This document shows positions 24,403 to 38,136 of a stretch of DNA of 64,000 nt, in pieces. The notes under the pieces were generated by a model. That model was not told the DNA's origin. It saw nothing but the letters and a program-made list of their open reading frames with translations, and did no database searches. Source of the stretch: Octopus vulgaris (Eukaryota); the NCBI GenBank assembly GCA_951406725.2, contig OX597823.1, positions 53,072,001-53,136,000 on the forward strand, in the 5' to 3' direction. Position numbers and translations under genes: made by a program. How positions within the stretch are numbered: the first letter of the stretch is position 1; each line of letters starts with the position of its first letter.

Positions 24403-25110
24403 CTAGTATTTTGCTGTTGATATTTATTACCAGTATTAAAATGAGTGACTTGCTATAGTTGATTTTAATTTATTAAATATTTTATAATGAAAATTAGTTT
24501 TCATTTATTTATTTGGTATAAACAGGATGCAATTTGCAACTAGTGAAAATTATGACTGTTATATTTATGTCATAGTATAAGATTTTAACATACAAATGAC
24601 AAAAATATATTTCCTACATTAACCTATCGTGTGATAGATAACACTATAGTTCGTTGATCAATTATGAGACTATGATATTTACTCAACATTACAGAATAAA
24701 ATCTGTGTCCTTGTGCCTTAACTAGAAACTAATATTGCTACGACACAACAAAGAAATACAAAACTTGTCGAGCGTTGATAAAATGCCTTCAGGTATTTTG
24801 CTATATCAAAATTTACGTTTGAGTTCAAATTCCGCTGAAGTCAACATTGCCTTGTCAGCCTAGGAATCAGAAACTGGGGATTGATCTGCATAGAATATGT
24901 CCTGCTAAAAATGTACGGCCGTGTACCTGTGTTACAAATAAATTTTAATCAACTGAGCGAATGTGAGTCGCTAGAAATAACAGTTAAATCTTCCTCAAAT
25001 AAAACCTCTTCTTGATTTCCGTCGACGTGTTGTGCTTCATATCCAGCATATTTTTGTTTGTTTTTCATGAGGAGACGTTACTACTTCTCTCAACCCTTAT
25101 TCATTTCTAG

Positions 25111-25131
25111 AGAAATGGACGTGTGTACTCT
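25111..25131 (+). CDS. Candidate short exon or start exon (MDVCT), host gene unknown
   Basis: Pyrimidine tract CTACTTCTCTCAACCCTTATTCATTTCTAG, 21-nt body with GAAATGG start context and consensus donor GTGAGT. No homology recognised. Confidence 0.25.
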
Positions 25132-25193
25132 GTGAGTGGGTCCTCCCGAACTATCCTTCACACAGCGCAATACAGCCAATTCCATGAGAGAGT

Positions 25194-25224
<31 letters not shown>

Positions 25225-25704
25225 TGTGTGTGTGAAAGAGAAAGAGTGAGAGAGCAAATGAGAGAAACAGACTGACAGAATCAACCCTAGCACTTAACAA
25301 GTATTTTATATATCGATCGCAAAAAGTTAAAAACGACTTCAGCAGGATTTGAACCCAGAGAACGGAAACTCATAGAGCAAGGTATCCACAATTCACCATC
25401 TTAATAACACTCCACCATATACAAAAATAGAAAAGATTAGAAAAGATAAAATGAAATAATACAGACATTGTTGTCATAGACATGTACACTGTGAAAAAGC
25501 TGCAAGCACGAATCGAAATCGTCTTAGAGCTCAACGTAGCTTCAGCGCAAACCGCTATAGAAGATTTTAAGTAATGACTCTAAATCAGTGAATACCTCAG
25601 ATTAGTAATTACATCAACACCGTTTATAGTTTAGTGGTTCCACTTTTGCACATTCTTCGCCCCTGAAAATATATCTGGTTTGACATGGGAGCTTTCATTA
25701 TCCC

Positions 25705-25740
25705 TATATATAAGTTTAAAGAAAGAAAGTTTCGCAGTTG
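25705..25740 (+). promoter_or_regulatory. Candidate TATA plus initiator core promoter
   Basis: TATATATAAG at 25705 and GCAGTT with its A at 25736 (about -31 spacing), in repeat-poor sequence. Full CRE TGACGTCA at 25882. Confidence 0.25.
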
Positions 25741-26716
25741 ATACCGCACCAACGCACCAGTGTCTGAACACACTGTACAGGAAGAGGAAGACGACACATA
25801 CTAAAGAGCTGTGTGTGTGGCATATTACACAATAGATCAGTTTAGGAAATTGCATACGATATTAATTAAGTATATTATAGATGACGTCAAGAATTTAATA
25901 TATCGTAGAACATATTAATATAATTAATCGTACTGGTCTTGGTGTATTGTACGATATGTCATTTTAATTTATTGACATGTCAATTTAACTTAAGGAATTA
26001 TCTAATACCACTTTACCTCCCACCTCTAACTATTTTTCTTTCTCTACGTTCCACCCTTTCCCTTGCTTACTTTCATTATCAGTCACTACCTTCTTTTCTT
26101 TGCTTTCTCTTTCCCTCTATCACTCTTTCTTTTCTTTTCTTACTTCATTTCCCTCTATCCAATCTATGTCTCTTTTCTCTCCTCTTACCGTTCGTGTAAT
26201 TCGTATGACTATTTTGTTGTAATTTCGAATACTGTAATTCTCTACCGTTTACAGTATTTCAGATATACAAATAGCAGACGGAACCCATTTAGAAAGTCAA
26301 TATAATCGCTTTAGCACACTACAGTCAGTATCATTTGACATAGGGAAACATTGGATAAGGAAGAAACTAAATGAAAGTATGTTACATATATGCAGTGTGT
26401 AAACGGGAATTCTGTACGCAAAGACAACTCTATCAACGCCATGAACACTCTTCCCGTAGTATAAGGTCTTCCTTCACATGGCTATAATATCATCTTCCCA
26501 AATTCTACCTCACAATCTCTCTCACTTTCCCTCACTTTCTCTCTGTCTGTCTCTCTCCTTCTCCCTCTCTGTTTCTCTCTCTATTTCTCTCACCTCCCTT
26601 TCTTTCCCCTTCACCATTGTACCGTCCGATTATTTACATTATTTTTATATTTACTGTTATATTTGAGCAAAGTCAAATAGACATTTAATAAGCACAGGCA
26701 CACAGTATTATTATTA

Positions 26717-26775
<59 letters not shown>

Positions 26776-26999
26776 TAATTCTACGTAAGAAGGCATTGCC
26801 AAACCCACCTCCTCATTACAGGAGAGAGATTATTACTCCATATTATCATAGAGAAATCTTAAAACATTTTCTTTAATACAATGAATTAATCAGTCATTTA
26901 ATGAATTTATATACACTGTGTGATGTCATACATTATTTTCTATCACCCTAATTGCTATGTGTGTGTGTGTATGTGTATGTGTGTGTGTGTGCATCGTAC

Positions 27000-28060
27000 A
27001 TGCTCGAAATGTGGAGTAGATAATACAGCCAACAACTGATGAAGAGTCATTTTTTTATGTTGCTTGTCTTCTTTTCCATTTGTTTCTTTCGTTGTTCGCA
27101 AAACAAGTTCGTATTCTATGTTCGCATATTTTGTATTTCATGTTGTTTTTGTATTTCATGTTGTTTACATTCGATGATGTCCTTTACTCATATATGCATG
27201 TGTATATACATATATGCATGTATACATGCATATATATATATATATATATTATTTATATTATTGTATGACTAAACGCCACGCATCCATTTCCAAGTAAACT
27301 TTATCTTAATAATTTTGATGCGACACTTCTTCTATTATGTTTCTCTAATTCTTTTTTCTAATTCCTTTCTCCAATTCTTTTCTCTAATTCTTTTTATCTC
27401 CCATTCTCCCCCTTTCGTTTTATTCTCTCTCATTCCTTTTTCTAATTCTTTTCCTCTCCCCTTCACCGTTCTCTATCTGTCCCTCTCTCTCTCTTCCTCC
27501 TTTACTCTGTCGTTGCTCGCACGTGACCAACGGCAATCCTTCTCTTCCTAACTCGAGGTTCTTTCTTTTCTTCCGATCAGCTACGAGAGATCAGACGCAT
27601 CTTTGTCTCTTGCCAAAGCTTGTTTCTCTAGCGTAAGCCACCTTACCTCGTCTTGGCTTAACAGCCCTTACCGTTTTCACTATCCTGTTTTTGTTATCAA
27701 CTTCGACTCCCCGCCCCCGCAAATCCCAAATTTTATTTTAAATACTTGGAGCAATTGCTTTGACGAAGGCGTATCTTGTCCTAAATGCTCAAAATATGGA
27801 GTAGTTAAATAGCGGACAACTGATGATGGGTCGTTTATAATGTTACATGTATTGTTTTCCATTTGTTTCTTTCGTTGTTCGCAAAAATGTTCGTATTTCA
27901 TGTTTTCGCATCTCGTATTTCATGTTGTTTACGCTCTATGACGTTCTGTACCCACATATGCAAGTGTAAGTATCTACATATATGTAGACATGCATATATA
28001 TATATATTATTTACATTATTATATTGAACACCACGCATACATTTCCAAGTAAGTTCTATC
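27000..28060 (+). mobile_element. Non-coding element with direct terminal repeats of about 280-300 bp (27000-27305 and 27785-28060)
   Basis: Both repeats run ATGCTC, GGAGTAG, CAACTGATGA, TTTCTTTCGTTGTTCGCAAAA, CCACGCAT, ATTTCCAAGTAA. Bounded by (TG)n and (TA)n. Confidence 0.75.
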
Positions 28061-28353
28061 GTATATATATATGTATATATATATATATATATATGTATAC
28101 ATATATATGTATATATATATATGCACGTATATATATATATGTATGCATATATATATATGTATATATATATATGCACGTATATATATATGTATGCATATAT
28201 ATATATGTATATGTATATATATGTATGTATATATGTATATGAATATATATATATGTATATAACTATGTATATATATATACGTATATATATATATATGCAT
28301 ATATATATATGTATATATGTATATACATATATATATATATATATTTTTGTGTG

Positions 28354-28691
28354 AAGGCGCATGGCTAAGTGGTTACGAGCGTCGAGCTTACGATCGTGAG
28401 GTTGTGAGCTCGAATCCGGGACCGGGCTGCGTGTTGTGTTCTTGAGCAAGGCACTTTATTTTCACGTTGCTCCAGTTCACTCAACTGTAGAAATGAGTTG
28501 CGACGTCACTGGTGCCAAGCTGTATCGACCTTTGTCTTTCCCTTGGATAACACTGGTGGCGTGGAGAGGGGAGGCTGGTATGCATGGGCGACTACTGGTC
28601 TTCCATAAACAATCTCTCCCGGACTTGTGTCTAGGAGGGTAACTTTCTAGGTGCAATCCCATGGTCTGTGTCGTGACCGAAGGGGGTCTCC
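28354..28691 (+). mobile_element. tRNA-derived SINE family D (CORE-like body), full length, in a TA tract
   Basis: A box TGGCTAAGTGG, B-box-like GCTCGAATCC, and TGTGTTCTTGAGCAAGGCACTT. Confidence 0.85.
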
Positions 28692-28813
28692 GATATGTAT
28701 ATATGTGTATATACATATGCATATACATATGTATATATACATATATACATATATATGTGTATATATATATATACACATATATATATATGTGTGTATATAT
28801 ATGTATATATACA

Positions 28814-29215
28814 CAACCGACAAGGGAACTTCATGGGAAAAAGTTTCTTCTCTCGGTCTGGTGGGATTGCAAAGGAGTAATTCACTTAGAATTGTTACCA
28901 CCTAATGCAACAATCAATGCTCAAATCTACTGTCAGCAATAAGAGCATTTGAACCAAGCTTTGAAGATAAAAAGACCCGCTTTAGTGAATCGAAAAGGAG
29001 TGATGTTTCATCAGGACAATGCGTGACCCCACACTGTAAAGATCTCATCAGAGAAGATCGAAGAGCTTGGTTGGGAAAAAAATTCCTCATTCACCTTATT
29101 CTCCTAAACTTGCTCCTTCACACTACCATTTGTTTTGTAGTTTACAGAATCATCTGGGAGACTTAACTTTCACAATCCAGGAGGAGGTCGAAACTGACAT
29201 TTCAGACTTCTTAGC
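28814..29215 (+). pseudogene. mariner (DD34D) transposase catalytic-domain fragment
   Basis: [66 protein letters not shown]. Contains stops and a frameshift, with no TIRs. Confidence 0.93.
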
Positions 29216-29254
29216 ATATATATATGTATATATAAGTATATATATAGGTATATA

Positions 29255-29303
<49 letters not shown>

Positions 29304-30117
29304 TGTATATAGAGGTATATATATATGTGTATGTATATATATATTATATATGTGTGTGTGTATATATATATATATGCATATGCTCATCCATGCATGTATG
29401 CACACATACACACAAGAAGTAAATAAAGCGATCACGGATCCAATTTCTCTGAAACTGAATGAAGGCTAATCAAAATTCGCCAATTATGAAACACGTATTT
29501 TTTCAAGCGTTACAGAATTTCACATGCAAGTCAAGTCCCAAATGTATTTGTATATTGAATATTTCGACTTATCTGTGTTATTTTTCACTTTATCAGTGAC
29601 TTCTTTTGTATACTTTGGTATTTATGTACATAGTTTATTGTGCTAAGCATTATTTGTTTTTTCATCTAAGCATTTCTTTAAAAACCATGTCCCTTCCTAG
29701 TTTACTTTAATGCCTGTCTCTTTAGCTCAGCTAAAAGGTGACATAACGAAATATCTCACAAATAGTCTTCGTTTGAAATTATTTATTTACTAGTCCTTCG
29801 TTTACTAGTGACAAATCTTGGAGAATTATGCTTGAATGAGAATTAGCAGATTTTTAACAGTGGGGGCTATATTAGGCTCATGAAGCATACAAATTGCACT
29901 TTTCATTAACACCAACCAGTTAATCAACATTGCGAGATGCATAAGAGAAAGGCTGCAGGCAACTTCACGCAGTTTGCTGTCAGAAATTCAATCAGAGTTG
30001 TCTACTTTATTTACACTTCAAAAGAAAGCAATACCTTGAAAATCTTTCCGCATCAATTCAGAAAGCATTCTTTGACAACAGGGAACCAGTGCTGTTACGA
30101 TGAGAAACAAGATGAGA

Positions 30118-30245
30118 ATGGTGATGATGATGATGATGATGATGGTGGTGGTATTGGCGGTTCTGGTGGTGGTAATTGTGGTGGTGGCTGCGGCGGCGAT
30201 AATGACGACGATGACGATGATGGTGGTGGCGGCGATGATGATCTG
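30118..30245. repeat. Degenerate GAT/GGT/GGC trinucleotide tract
   Basis: Low-complexity triplet runs. Confidence 0.85.
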
Positions 30246-30389
30246 TATGATGAAAAAAAGAAGAAAATAAAGCATGAGAGGGTTTCCACGAGAACAGGAA
30301 GAAAATGAACTGGTTAGGCGACATGATACAAATAATATATTATGCATACACACATGTATAGGTATATATACACGCATACTCATACGTAC

Positions 30390-30421
<32 letters not shown>

Positions 30422-30520
30422 TGGACTTTCCCGTCGAAGACGACGTATGTGTGTTCAGCTTTTGCCGAACGACCTGCTCGAATGATTTGTTGATAGTGAT
30501 CAGATAAATGTGCCATACAC

Positions 30521-30780
30521 CAGTGCTACTCAAAGTGGTGATCCGCTGACCAGTGCCGGTCCGCGGGCCATCAGCTTCCGCTATACGGTGAGTTTCCAGA
30601 AAAGAAAGAAACGTTACAATATGCTTATGTAATATTGTATCATTTGTTTACAAAATAAATGCAAAATAAAAAATTCTTAACTTTTATTATATTCCTTATA
30701 TATATTATTTCCGGTATAAATTAATATTACTAAGAAATATTACCGGTCCCTGACACACTGAAAAAAAAAAAGAACTGCCA
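30521..30780 (+). mobile_element. hAT (Charlie-like) terminal fragment
   Basis: Starts CAGTGCTACTCAAAGTGG and contains CCGGTCCGCGG, resembling hAT-Charlie termini. The other end was not found. Confidence 0.5.
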
Positions 30781-31961
30781 TACACTACCTCACTCCCTCC
30801 ATCAACATTGCTTGATCAGGTGTCGAAGTGATCAAGGTGAGACGAAGAAGTGTCTTGCTCAAGAACACAAGGCACCAGCCGGCCTAGGAATTGAAACCTC
30901 AATCACGTGATTGTGAGTGCAATACTCTAACCACTAGGCCATCTACGCTAAACTATCCCGAATTAACAATCATACATGTACGCACACGCGCACACACCCA
31001 CACTACTTCACACTCGCTCACATTTGCTATTAACACTAGGAAACAATAACACACACACACATACACACACATTTTATATGACATACATCATTATTTAGTC
31101 GTCCGGAACCATCAAATGCCGTTGTCTTCATGCATTTTGCTTCATCTGGGATTGATAATCTCCGAAGCATCCCTATGCAGAAGGTGTGATCCTATTTTTA
31201 TTGGGAACTAAAGCCACTTGAATTTAATGATCTTGCCCCAAAATTACAATGTGTAGCACAGGCTTCTGGGAATCGAACCCACCACATTATAATCATGAGT
31301 AGAGTAGTTTAGCTACCAGGCCACATGCCTTCATCTATCTTACACTACAGTAAACAGAAACACCACCAAGTTTCAACAAGCGCATTCACATATCTACAGC
31401 TGACGCAGCCACCAGCTTACAAACGTCAGACATACACACATGTCTTCGTACAAAATTAAACATTCGTACGTACACGCGTGCGCACACAACAGCGATCATG
31501 TACGTACTATCTTCTCTCACATACCTGCAACCACAGGTCAAATGCACTAACCAAAACTCGGGATGCAAATATACAAGATATACACATCATTTTACAAAAT
31601 TAACCACATATACACCTTTTTTGGAAACACACTCGCACAACAATGGCCATAGATAAACACACCTAACACTCGCATAACCAGACACCGACACACAAAATGA
31701 ACGCGAACAATTTTGAAAACACGTACACACAAACACACACACACACATACACATACACACACGCACAAAATCTGACACATACACCTTAATACTATGGCTA
31801 TTACTACCCTTTATGAACTCTCGGTATTGAATATCACTTTCAGCCCATTTTCGATTCCATTTCGTTCCGAAAACATGGCTCTCTCTCCTAAACGTGTGTT
31901 GAATAACTCGTCTATTCTTATATTACTGTGTCTTTATCTGATTTCCTCTCCCGCTTTTTCC

Positions 31962-31997
31962 TTTCCGATGAAGGACAAATAAGTCCGAACCGTCAAA
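31962..31997 (+). ncRNA. Degenerate minimal hammerhead motif
   Basis: TTT-CCGATGA-A-GGAC-aaataa-GTCC-GAACC-GTC-AAA: two core substitutions, perfect stem II, GTC triplet and stem I TTT/AAA. Confidence 0.5.
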
Positions 31998-33152
31998 CAA
32001 TTCGTTTTTCATTCATTCAATTTCATATTAATACAGTTTTTTAATCATATTTTTCGTTGTTTATGTTGTTATAATACATGATATATTTTATTATATTAAT
32101 TCCTATGAAGGCGGTGAGCTGGCAAAATCGTTCGTGACATTTCACCGTCATTACTTGTAAGTTCAACTGCTAAGGTCGACTTTGCTTTTCATCCTTTCGG
32201 CACTGGGGTCTATCTTATCGACTTACCCCTTCCCCTGAAATTGTAGGGCTTATGCAAAAATTTGAAATCAGTATATTAATCCCTGCGCAGATGAGGAGAG
32301 GCCGCTTATACCTTTACAGAATTATCTCCTTTATTACCAATTCAGACCCTCCTGGATTACCATTTCGGATTACATTGGATATATGTTATTTCATTTGATG
32401 TACGTGAGAGTCGATTACAGTTCAGTTTTCAAAATTTTATAACATAAATCTTTATATCCTTAGAGAATTTTTATGATAACCATATGAAAATACAACGTTA
32501 AAACTGCTGATCACACACAATGTAAATTTAGTGAATTCCCTAAGAATTTCGTTAGGATACGCTAACAATGTGAAACTTTAAATAACAAAATTCTATAAGC
32601 TGCTCTATAAACAATACATTAAATAAATATTTGCTCTATTCAGTTATTGAAGTGACTTTTACAGTAGTTTCCCCGCGTATGTGATTTTGAATTTGTAATT
32701 GTACATAAATGTATAAGTGTGTGTGTGTGATGTATATATATGCATGTGTATATTATGTTAACAGCATCTAAAAATCTAAAGTATAAAATGAGTTATTGCT
32801 TTCGAATGAACAAGAGAAGTAAGCTACTAAGTAAAAATGACAAGTCATAAATATATAATACAAGAACTTGTCCAAAGCGGGAGTGTGTGAGAGAATGTCA
32901 ATGTGTGATAGAATGTCTTCGCAAATCGCACGCTAATAAATGATACTCAATACCTTATAACACTACATAACTTAGAACCTAATGTCATTCTTTCATATGT
33001 AAATAACAAATGGTTATATTGTCTCCCCGACAGTATACATATGTATACATATATACACTCACACATAAATACATACATATATATGCATATATATGTATGT
33101 ACGTGCATATCTTTGCATCTTGTATGTATGAATGTACCACACACTGGTTTTA

Positions 33153-33203
<51 letters not shown>

Positions 33204-34103
33204 TCATCATCATCAACAACATCATCATCATCATCATCATCATGAATATGAACTGAAAGAAAATAATTTAGCAAATGTTCTTGGATTTTCAGCACAAATA
33301 TGGTAGGATCTTATCATTTTAGTATTGAGTTGGTCGTACAGACCGTGTAGAATAAGCTTTTCTGAAGCTACCTCATAAGATCGTTCCAAGCTTTCGGTAA
33401 ATTAATTTTACTGAAATTGTCTTCCAGTTTTTTTAGAATTTCGATATTCCTGGAAGGAGATTTGTGGTCTACTATTCGCATGAACAATCTCAATTTATCA
33501 AAGCTCCGTAAACCAATATATTAAATAGGTGATACTATATTGCGCCTTTGTATTTAGTACATAGAGCGTTCCCTGAGATATTTTCTCTCAGCCGTTTTGG
33601 TGGCATCAGACAATGACGTTCAGAAATTGTGAATTTTCCACCAAAATCTGGATCGCACAAAAGATTAGCAACCGTGTTGTGTGTTTGTAAGCTCTAATGG
33701 GTTAAATTACTGCTTACTAACATATCTACTTGCTAATCTTTTAAATACTCGTCTTATAAATAGTGTGTGAACCGCGTATGCACGTTTTAATAGGCAGATG
33801 TAGAAAGAAAAGAGCAATCAATAGTCATCTAGAGCTTATATTTGTAAGTTAGCAGTTATCGACTCCGACAACCATTACTCAGTCTGAGAGAAATGCAGAT
33901 ACGTATCTAATTCGTCATTGCTCACTAAGATTGAAGTGATGGCTTGAACGTTGGCCCCTCATGTATCGCCAACGACCTATAAGAAACTGCCTTCCTATTC
34001 AAACGTGACTGACAATTCGTTCCTCACTGGTATCCGAAGAATTAGGCGCTTGTTGGCGTGTTTAGGAAACTCTGACTTATGGCTGAGAGAGTTATTTGTG
34101 TTA

Positions 34104-35210
34104 CAGGGTAGGACAGAGAGGACAGACGTTTTTGAAAAATTTACAAAATCATCAATTTCAACTGTAAAGAAATTTTATTGCCATCAATGTGTTTGTATTC
34201 AATTTAGCATTTGTCAAAATCAAGTGTGGAAAACAACATCCATCATGTGATGTCCGTTTTCATTGATACATTTTTGAAGGCACTCTCTCCAGCATTACTC
34301 TGTCGATCTGAGCGACTTCTACGCGAATAGCTTCCTTTAAATCGTCTAATGTGCGGATCTATACGCATACACGCCTGCCTTGTGGTTTCCCTACAAGATA
34401 TAATCAATCACACATGGACAAATCGGGAACCGAAGATTCCAAGCAATGTCAGCAAATCTGGAAATGATGCGGTCACCAAAGAGAGGGGGAACAACGTCCA
34501 TTGGTGCTTTGGATGTGTGCGCCGTCACCTCATCCTGCTGAAACTACAAACGTCGAATACGCATACATTTTCGTCGTAATTCAGGCACAAAGAAGTTGTT
34601 TATCATCTTGATGTAATGCTCAGAGTTCACAGTAACAGCATTTACATCATTATCTTTAAAAAAACTAAGGACCAATGACGGCAGCTTATCCAAAAGCACA
34701 CCAGACCGTCACTTTTGGGATATGCAGTGGTCTTTCGTGTAGTTCTCTCGGATTTTGCAAGAGCCCAATAACGACAGTTCTGTTGATTCACCATGCCACT
34801 AAGATGAAAATGAGCTTCATGACTCGTTAACAAAATGAGGCTGCCATTTGCCTCAAAAATTGCTTCCATCTGACGAGCGAAGTTAAACCGCTGTGCATAG
34901 TCCTATGGTTTCAACTGTCCAATGACCAATTTACACGGGTGGAAATGCAGGTCTTCATGCAAAATACGCCTTACCGAACGATTATCGATGCCAAGTTCAG
35001 TGGAATTCCTCCGAGCAGAGCGATTCAGACTCCGTATCAAAGCTTGTCTGACGCGTTCCACATTTTCTGGGGTCCGTACACTTCGTGGCGCCCCCACCAA
35101 CTTCTATTCATTAGTGTAACTTGTGTACGAAGTGCATTCACCCAACGTAAGATTATGTTACGGGAGTCCTCGCTTAGGAATTTGTGGATCGTATTTTGCT
35201 TAAATGTCTT
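34104..35210 (-). pseudogene. Tc1/mariner-superfamily (maT/DD37D-like) transposase remnant
   Basis: GAPRSVRTPENVERVRQAL, SVRRILHEDLHFHP, SHEAHFHLSGMVNQQNCRYWA and FQQDEVTAH. Possible TA-CAGGGT terminus at 34102-34109. Confidence 0.88.
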
Positions 35211-36040
35211 CGTAAGTTCTGTAGATCCACTTGGACAAGACCAACCGTGTTACGCAAGGGTAAAAAAGAGCAGTACCACCCACGACAAGATCTTAAATGT
35301 ATAGTTAAGGAGAATTTAATTATTTGGTGATCGTCTTTTACTCAAGTTTATAGGTACTACAACAGTGCGTGATAGGGAATTCTTTCAACCGGTAATATAA
35401 CCAGAGTTGGCCCACTACTTGCTTAGTTTTTTCTATACATGTCTTGCTATCAGTTATTCTACTGTTGAACCCATTCTAAAATGGTAATGATACAACTAAG
35501 AATAAATCCATATTGCTAGGTATTCTTATCATGTAAGCATATAGGTGGTGCTGCAACATAGTGTTTAGCCGTGACCATAAAACAAAGTAGACACCAAACT
35601 TTAGCACACACTTAACGCAAGCTATCTCTTGCCACATAGAATCGTAATACTCATGATCAAATCACAGCACTAGAGACAAGATAGGATTCGTTGACTACAC
35701 GCTGTTAATGTCTTATACTCCTACCCTCATAGTCATCCATGACCGTCATGCTCCCCAAGACATCATGCGCTTTTGATTAGCCATAGCATTTTCTATAATT
35801 TAATTTTCATCTGTTTTGTAAATTGCAAGAAAGTGTCTGTCAAATTTCTGATTTTTGAATCAAACGAGATGCCAGATATTAGAATCTAGAATCCAACATC
35901 TGATTAATGAGAGCTATAGAATCTTTGAACTGCTTCCCACTTAAAGCCGATACTCTTCTCGTGCGTCACTAATTCTTTTGAGAAACTCACAAGCACCACA
36001 CAATCTTATTTTAAATCGCTTTACATTAGTTTTATTAAAT

Positions 36041-38115
36041 AAGGCGGCGAGCTGGCAGAATCGTTAGAACGCTGGGCTAAATGCTTAGCGGCATTTCGTC
36101 CGCCATTACGCTCTGAGTTCAAACTTCGCTGAGGTCGACTTGTCCTTTCATCCTTTCGAAGTACCAGTTACGCACTGAGGTCGATGTAATCGATTATCCT
36201 CCTCCCCACAAAATTTCAGGCCTTGTGCCTATAGTAGAATGGATTATTTTTCTAAAGTAAGGCAGTGAGCTGGCAGAATCGTTAGCACGCCGAGCAAAAT
36301 ATTTAGCGGTATTTGGTCAGTCTTTACGTTCTGAGTTCAAATACCGCCGAAGTCGACTTCCCCTTTCATCCTTTCTGGGTGATAAAATAAGTACCAGTTG
36401 AGTACTGGAGTCGAGGTAATTTACTTAACCCCCCCACCACCGAACTTACTGGATTTGTGCCTATAGTAGAAAGGATTATTTTTGTTAAGTAACAAATCAA
36501 TTAATTTTCGCTTCCCATTAATCTTGATTGAGCAGACTTATGAGAAAAAGCATTTCGGCTTTAATCATCGGCCTATTCCCCTATCTCTTCTTCTGGGGTA
36601 GCTAGCAGCATGTTATCTAATCTGTCTCTTTTATTAAGGCGGCGTGAGTGTGAATTGAGAGAAGTTTGGCTGTTATTTCCATAAAGTTGATTAGCATTTG
36701 TTTCTAGCTATTCTAGTTGAGCAACTTTTATGGGTTAAATTATATATTAATATCAAGTTAAATGAATTTATTATATATTTTATATTTCGCAAAACGATGG
36801 AGACAAAGAGACAGTGGAGAGCCTGACTAAACCATTTAGTTGTGCACTTTTAGATTTTCGAAATTGAATTTTCCTGGAGTCATCTTAGCTTTCAATTCAT
36901 TCAAGTCAATAAACTATATATAGTCTTGCTTCAATTTATAGCATATTTTTGACATTTGCCAATGCATAATAAATAATCGGTTTTAAATTTTGGTACAAGG
37001 TCAACAATTTCGAGGTAGGTGGTAAGTTGATCACATCAACATCAACTGGTACTTATTTCATCGAGCTCGAAATGATGAAATCAAAGTCGAATTCGGCGGA
37101 ATTTGAACTCAAAACGTGAAACTGGACGAAATGCCACTAAGCACTTTGCTCGGTGCGCTAACGATTCTGCCAGTTCGCCGCCTTAATAATAACTTATTAT
37201 TTACCAGTTTCTAAAAGTGGTGAGCTGGCAGAGTCGTAGTACGCTGGACGATATGCTTAGTGGTACTTCGTCTGCCGTTACGTTCTGAGTTCAAATTCCG
37301 CCGAGGTCGACTTTGCCTTTCATCCTTTCAGGGTCGATTAAATAAGTACCAGTTACGCACTGGGGTCGATCTAAGCGACTTAATCCGTTTGTCTGTCCTT
37401 GTTTGTCCCCTCTGTGTTTAGCCCCTTGTGGGCAATAAAGAAATTGGTATTTCGCTCGGCGCTACGTTCTGAGTTCAAATGCTTCTTACCTACAAATTCT
37501 AGGCCTTGTGTCTATAGTAGAAAGAATTATTTCTTCTCGCTCATACATTCTTCAGAGAAGTAAATTTTAACTGTGAGCAGATACAGTACTAGATGTCATT
37601 AGAGCATCCGATAGAATATCCTACAGAATTTGTCTTTGTTTCTAAATTCGAATTCCACAGGCGTTTACTTTTTGCATATTTTCAGAAACGATAATTAAGT
37701 TCAAGTCAGGAACTGAGATCAAGTTATCTCTCCATCTGAGGGAGAGGTCGTGAGGAATCATTCATGGAGTCTCTTTCTCCAGAAATAGGGAAAATATGAA
37801 CGAGAGGCTAGTAACATCTCTTAAAAGAACTAACGCCTCGAGAACTGCCAAAAGATGTACCTATGTGCTCTACATCGCAGAACAGAAATTATAGGTTTCT
37901 GATTCAGATACAAGACTTGCAATTTTGAGGAGAAAAGATTAGCTTATACTATTGACCCAAGTATTTTACTGGTACTAAGTTATCGATCTCTGAGAGATGA
38001 AAAGCAAAGCAGACTTCAGCAGGACTTGCATTAAGAACGTAAAGAACTTGAAAAATACCGCCAGACCATTTTTTAAAATTTTGTTTACATAGTACCAATT
38101 CGGCCAACTCACCTC
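36041..38115. mobile_element. Family C SINE cluster: plus 36041-36245 and 36259-36480, minus 36980-37185, plus 37215-37530, minus 37890-38115
   Basis: AAGGCGGCGAGCTGGCAGAATCGTTAG heads and GCCTTTCATCCTTTC cores. Confidence 0.9.
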
Positions 38116-38136
38116 TTAACAGGTCAAAAATTAATA

